Assembly (NCBI RefSeq): GCF_036321535.1
Contig: NC_087447.1
Location: 40,550,001-40,614,000 of the forward strand
From: Camelus dromedarius
Taxonomy: Eukaryota
Length of the DNA stretch: 64,000 nucleotides
Direction of reading: 5' to 3'
Each line of letters begins with the position of its first letter. The first letter of the stretch is position 1. The position numbers were made by a program, and so were the translations under genes. The notes under the pieces were generated by a model. It searched no databases and was not told where the DNA came from. It saw only the letters and a list, made by a program, of their open reading frames with translations. Positions 60,503 to 64,000 of this stretch are shown piece after piece.

Positions 60503-62642
60503 GTCAATGTTGCCATTTAAAGGTATTTAACACTTTTTGCTTTTTTATTTGGGATTCTGTTATGTCTTAAAATTTCATCCAGTTCCCTTCATCTTAGCTT
60601 GGTTTCCCTCTGTGGCCCTTTTGGTCTGCCTCACAGTGACCAGGGCTTCTTTTATGGTACTGAAACATCAAGCAGGTTTCTGAAAATTTGTCTCTTGTGG
60701 TAAACAATTTTTCAAAGATACAATTTTGTCTGTTTATTGTGCTTCATAGTGGATTTTTCAGTTGTTTGTTCATTTATGAGAAGAAATTAAACTAGACTTT
60801 CATTTTGCCAACAGACTACCCTAATTCCTCAAGGGTCTTGGCACCCGCCTCCCCCCTCACTCCCTCATCGTGCATATCTTGACTTGCTGTGTGATCTGAG
60901 GTGCACGGCTCCAGCGTCTGCTTCCGCAGTCCTGCCGGCATCTGCCTTTGGGCAGAGGAACAGTCTCCTGCTCTGAGGTCCTTGTTCTCTGCCTAAGCGT
61001 GAGCCTGAGTCCAGTTCCTTCTTGTCTGCATGCAGCACATGGAAAGCCCTAGGCTCTGGAGTACTGAGCTTCTAGGGGTCTCTCTCTGTCCTAACTTAAT
61101 GTTTTCTAGGATGCAGCACCCTTGCTCTCAACATTATTGTATTCTTGGAGTTTTAGTTTCTAAACAGTTCTAGATAATAGGGCGGATAGTAAGGGGGCAG
61201 GGGAAGGGAGCAAATAAATTAGCTTGAATTTGGCTGCCTCAGAAAATAAATATTGAATAGTACAGTTGGTAGCTTTATTATTTTGGTAGATCCTCACACG
61301 TGTACCCAGGGGAAGATGCTGCGGGGTGGAGGGCATCTTCATACAAAGCTTTTTGCTACCTTCTCCCCTGTCCCCTGCCTTGGGTTCAGAGGGCAGGGTA
61401 TTTAGTCATTAACCGCGTAGCTCAGTCTGACCTTAACAGGAACATACCAAATGTTTGCTTTTTAAATTAGCTCTATAAATTAGAGAAATTTCCACCTTGA
61501 TTCTAGCAATGATCCTCTCTTAACCTTAGTTTCTGCCTTATTCAAGGATTATTAGGTACATGTGACCGGACCATGCAAGCTAATTTAAGGAAAAGGTAGA
61601 ATTAATTGGAAGGACATAATAATTTCTGGTTTGTACTGTGGGGTGTGATGAGCATGCCTTGGCCAAGTGTCGGGGGAAATGCAGTGCCACCCATGCTGGG
61701 AGCAGTAGGAAGATCAGAAATCCAGCTTAACCCTTCCAAAGCTGCAGACGCCTCCCCATTTGAATATACTATGCGTATGCTTTCAACTTGGGAACCCCAC
61801 TTATCCCATTGTGGTGAAGACTATGGTGGAAGGGTGCTGGCTGCTGAGTTAAAGTGGCCCCAGTGGGCCAGGTCTGAAGGCAGTGGCTGCAGCAAGGACC
61901 TCAGCTCCTTCTTGTCCCAGCCATAGTACATCTCAAGAAGTGGTGAAGACAGTGCCCAGTGAAAGGGCTCCCTGGGAAACTGACCATATCACCCAGCCTC
62001 TGCAGTAATGTGGGGAGCCTGCACCTTGGGTGGTCCAGTCAGCACAAGGGCTCCCTCCTTTTAGGTTGCTACGAAAAAGCAGCACAGCCCTGCTCTTTAC
62101 TGTGGGAAACTTTGTGGAACAGAACCACTCTGAAGGTCATGTTCCCTTGAATCTCTGCTATAAATGTTGATGTAGAACCCTCTTCGATTGCTGTGGTTCC
62201 TCAGGGTTTTAGATGCGAAGCCTCCATGTTTCAATCCTGTAAGTCAGAGCACTCAGTAATCGGCTTTTTCAGTGCAATTCATGGCCACAGAATAGGGCTC
62301 AAGTCATTGCCTAAAAGGCTAGTTCCAGCCTGGCTTCAGTGCCTACTGACCCACAAACACTGTTCCCTTTTTTAATAGGGTGGCAGGACAACCCATAAGT
62401 TCTACCTGTCTTTACTCCCTTGGCAGCCTACTTGGGAATTCCTTTGCTATCACTGCTGCTGGGTTGTGAATAGGGGCATCTAAGCCTACCCCTTAGATAC
62501 TCCTCTTTATAAGTCTTGAAGGGAATGGATTAATGGCATGGGTTTTTTCCCTCTTGGAAACTGTGTGCATGATGCAAATTTTCCCACTTTCTCTTCAGAG
62601 GTTCCCACACCATAAACAAGTAAAAGGGTCCCCTTGTGTGTG

Positions 62643-64000
62643 TTTTTTTCTTTTTTTAAATGGAAGTACAGTCAGTTTACAATGTTGTGCCAATTTCTGG
62701 TGTACAGCATGTTTCTGTCATACATATACATATATATATTCCTTTTCATATTCTTTTTCATTATAGGTTACTACAACATATTGAATATAGTTCCCTGTGC
62801 TATACAGAAGAAACTTGTTGTTTATCTATTTTATATATAGTAGTTAGTAACAGCAAATCTCAGACTTCCAATTTATCCCTTCTGCCCCCATCCCTCCTGG
62901 TAACCATAAGATTTTTTTTTTTTTAAGATTCCACATATGAGTGATATCATATGGTATTTTTCTGGCTTATATCAGTTAGAATGACAATCTCCAGGTCCAT
63001 CCATGTTGCTGCAAATGGCATGATTTTGTTCTTTTTTATGGCTGACTAGTATTCCATTGTATAAATATACCACAGCTTCTTTATCCAGTGATCTGTCGAT
63101 GGGCATTTAGGTTGTTTCCATGTCTTGGCTATTGTAAATAGTGCTGCTATGAACATCGGGGTGCATGTATCTTTTCAAATTTGAGTTCCCTCTCTATATA
63201 TGCCTAGGAGTTGGATTGCTGGATCATATGGTAAGTCTATTTTTAGTTTTTTGAGGAATCTTCATACTGTTTTCCATAATGGCTGCACCAAACTACATTC
63301 CCACCAGCAGTGTAAGAGGGTTCCTCTTTCTCCACAGCCTCTCCAGCATTTATTGTTTGTGCACTTTTGAATGATGGCCATTCTGACTGGTGTGAGGTGA
63401 TACATCATTATAGTTTTGATTTGCATTTATTGAGTATTTTTCCATGTGCCTATTGACCATTTGTATGTCTTCATTGGAGAATTGCTTATTTAGATCTTCT
63501 GCCCATTTTTGAATTGGGTTATTTGTTTTTTTGTTATTAAGTTGTGTGAACTGTTTATATGTCCTGGAAATTAAGCCCTTGTCAGTTGCATCATTTGTAA
63601 ATATTTTCTCCCATTCCATAGGTTGTCTTTTTGTTTTGATTATGGTTTCCTTTGCTGTGCAAAAGCTTATAGGTTTCATTACGTCCCATTTCTTTATTTT
63701 TGCTTTTATTTCTATTGCCTGGGTAGACTGTCCTAGGAGAATATTGCTAAGATTTATGTCAGAGAATGTTTTGCATATGTTTTCTTCTGGGAGGTTTATA
63801 GTGTCTTGTCTTATGTTTAAGCCTTTAAGCCATTTTGAGTTTATTTTTGTGTATGGTGTGAGGGAGTGTTCTAACATCATTGATTTACATGCAGCTGTCC
63901 AGTTTTCCTAACACCACTTGCTAAAGGGACTGTCTTTTCTCCATTGTATATTCTTACCTCTTTTGTTGAAGATTAATTGACCGTAAGTCTGTGGGTTTAT
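62643..64000 (-). mobile_element. Young LINE-1: 3'UTR + ORF2 C-terminus, running off the window end
   Basis: T-tail and the same 3'UTR as the 516-2000 copy; the translation of 63350-63880 is canonical L1 ORF2p ([47 protein letters not shown]). Confidence 0.95.
63350..63880 (-). pseudogene. LINE-1 ORF2p C-terminal fragment, frameshifted
   Basis: L1 ORF2p similarity up to ...NRHMEKYS, then lost. A 17-bp deletion at ~63428 relative to the 1787-1803 copy explains the shift. Confidence 0.88.

Overview
Mammalian non-coding genomic DNA, most likely from a camelid (camel/alpaca/llama/vicuna). That inference rests on three copies of a Vic-1-type tRNA-derived SINE and on several closely related young L1 3' ends. 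I can support no host protein-coding exon. The only recognisable protein sequence is a frameshifted C-terminal piece of LINE-1 ORF2 near the window end (63350-63880). Much of the window is interspersed repeats: old and young L1, L2, CR1/L3-like fragments, MIR, MaLR/ERVL solo LTRs, and hAT and Tigger MITEs. It also contains a full-length U6 snRNA retropseudogene with a perfect 14-bp target-site duplication (TSD) and several microsatellites. The most notable direct observations are: an L1 nested in an L1, a 79-bp tandem duplication next to a TSD-flanked 'tail-only' insertion, a locally templated ~120-bp insertion, a ~96-bp fold-back palindrome, and a strong minus-strand bias of L1s. That bias suggests the window may lie inside an intron of a + strand gene. 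Several repeat-free islands rich in homeodomain/TCF/FOX motifs are candidate enhancers. I found no evidence for a novel multi-gene system. Repeat subfamily names come from recalled consensus motifs, not from a database search, and boundaries of old elements are approximate.
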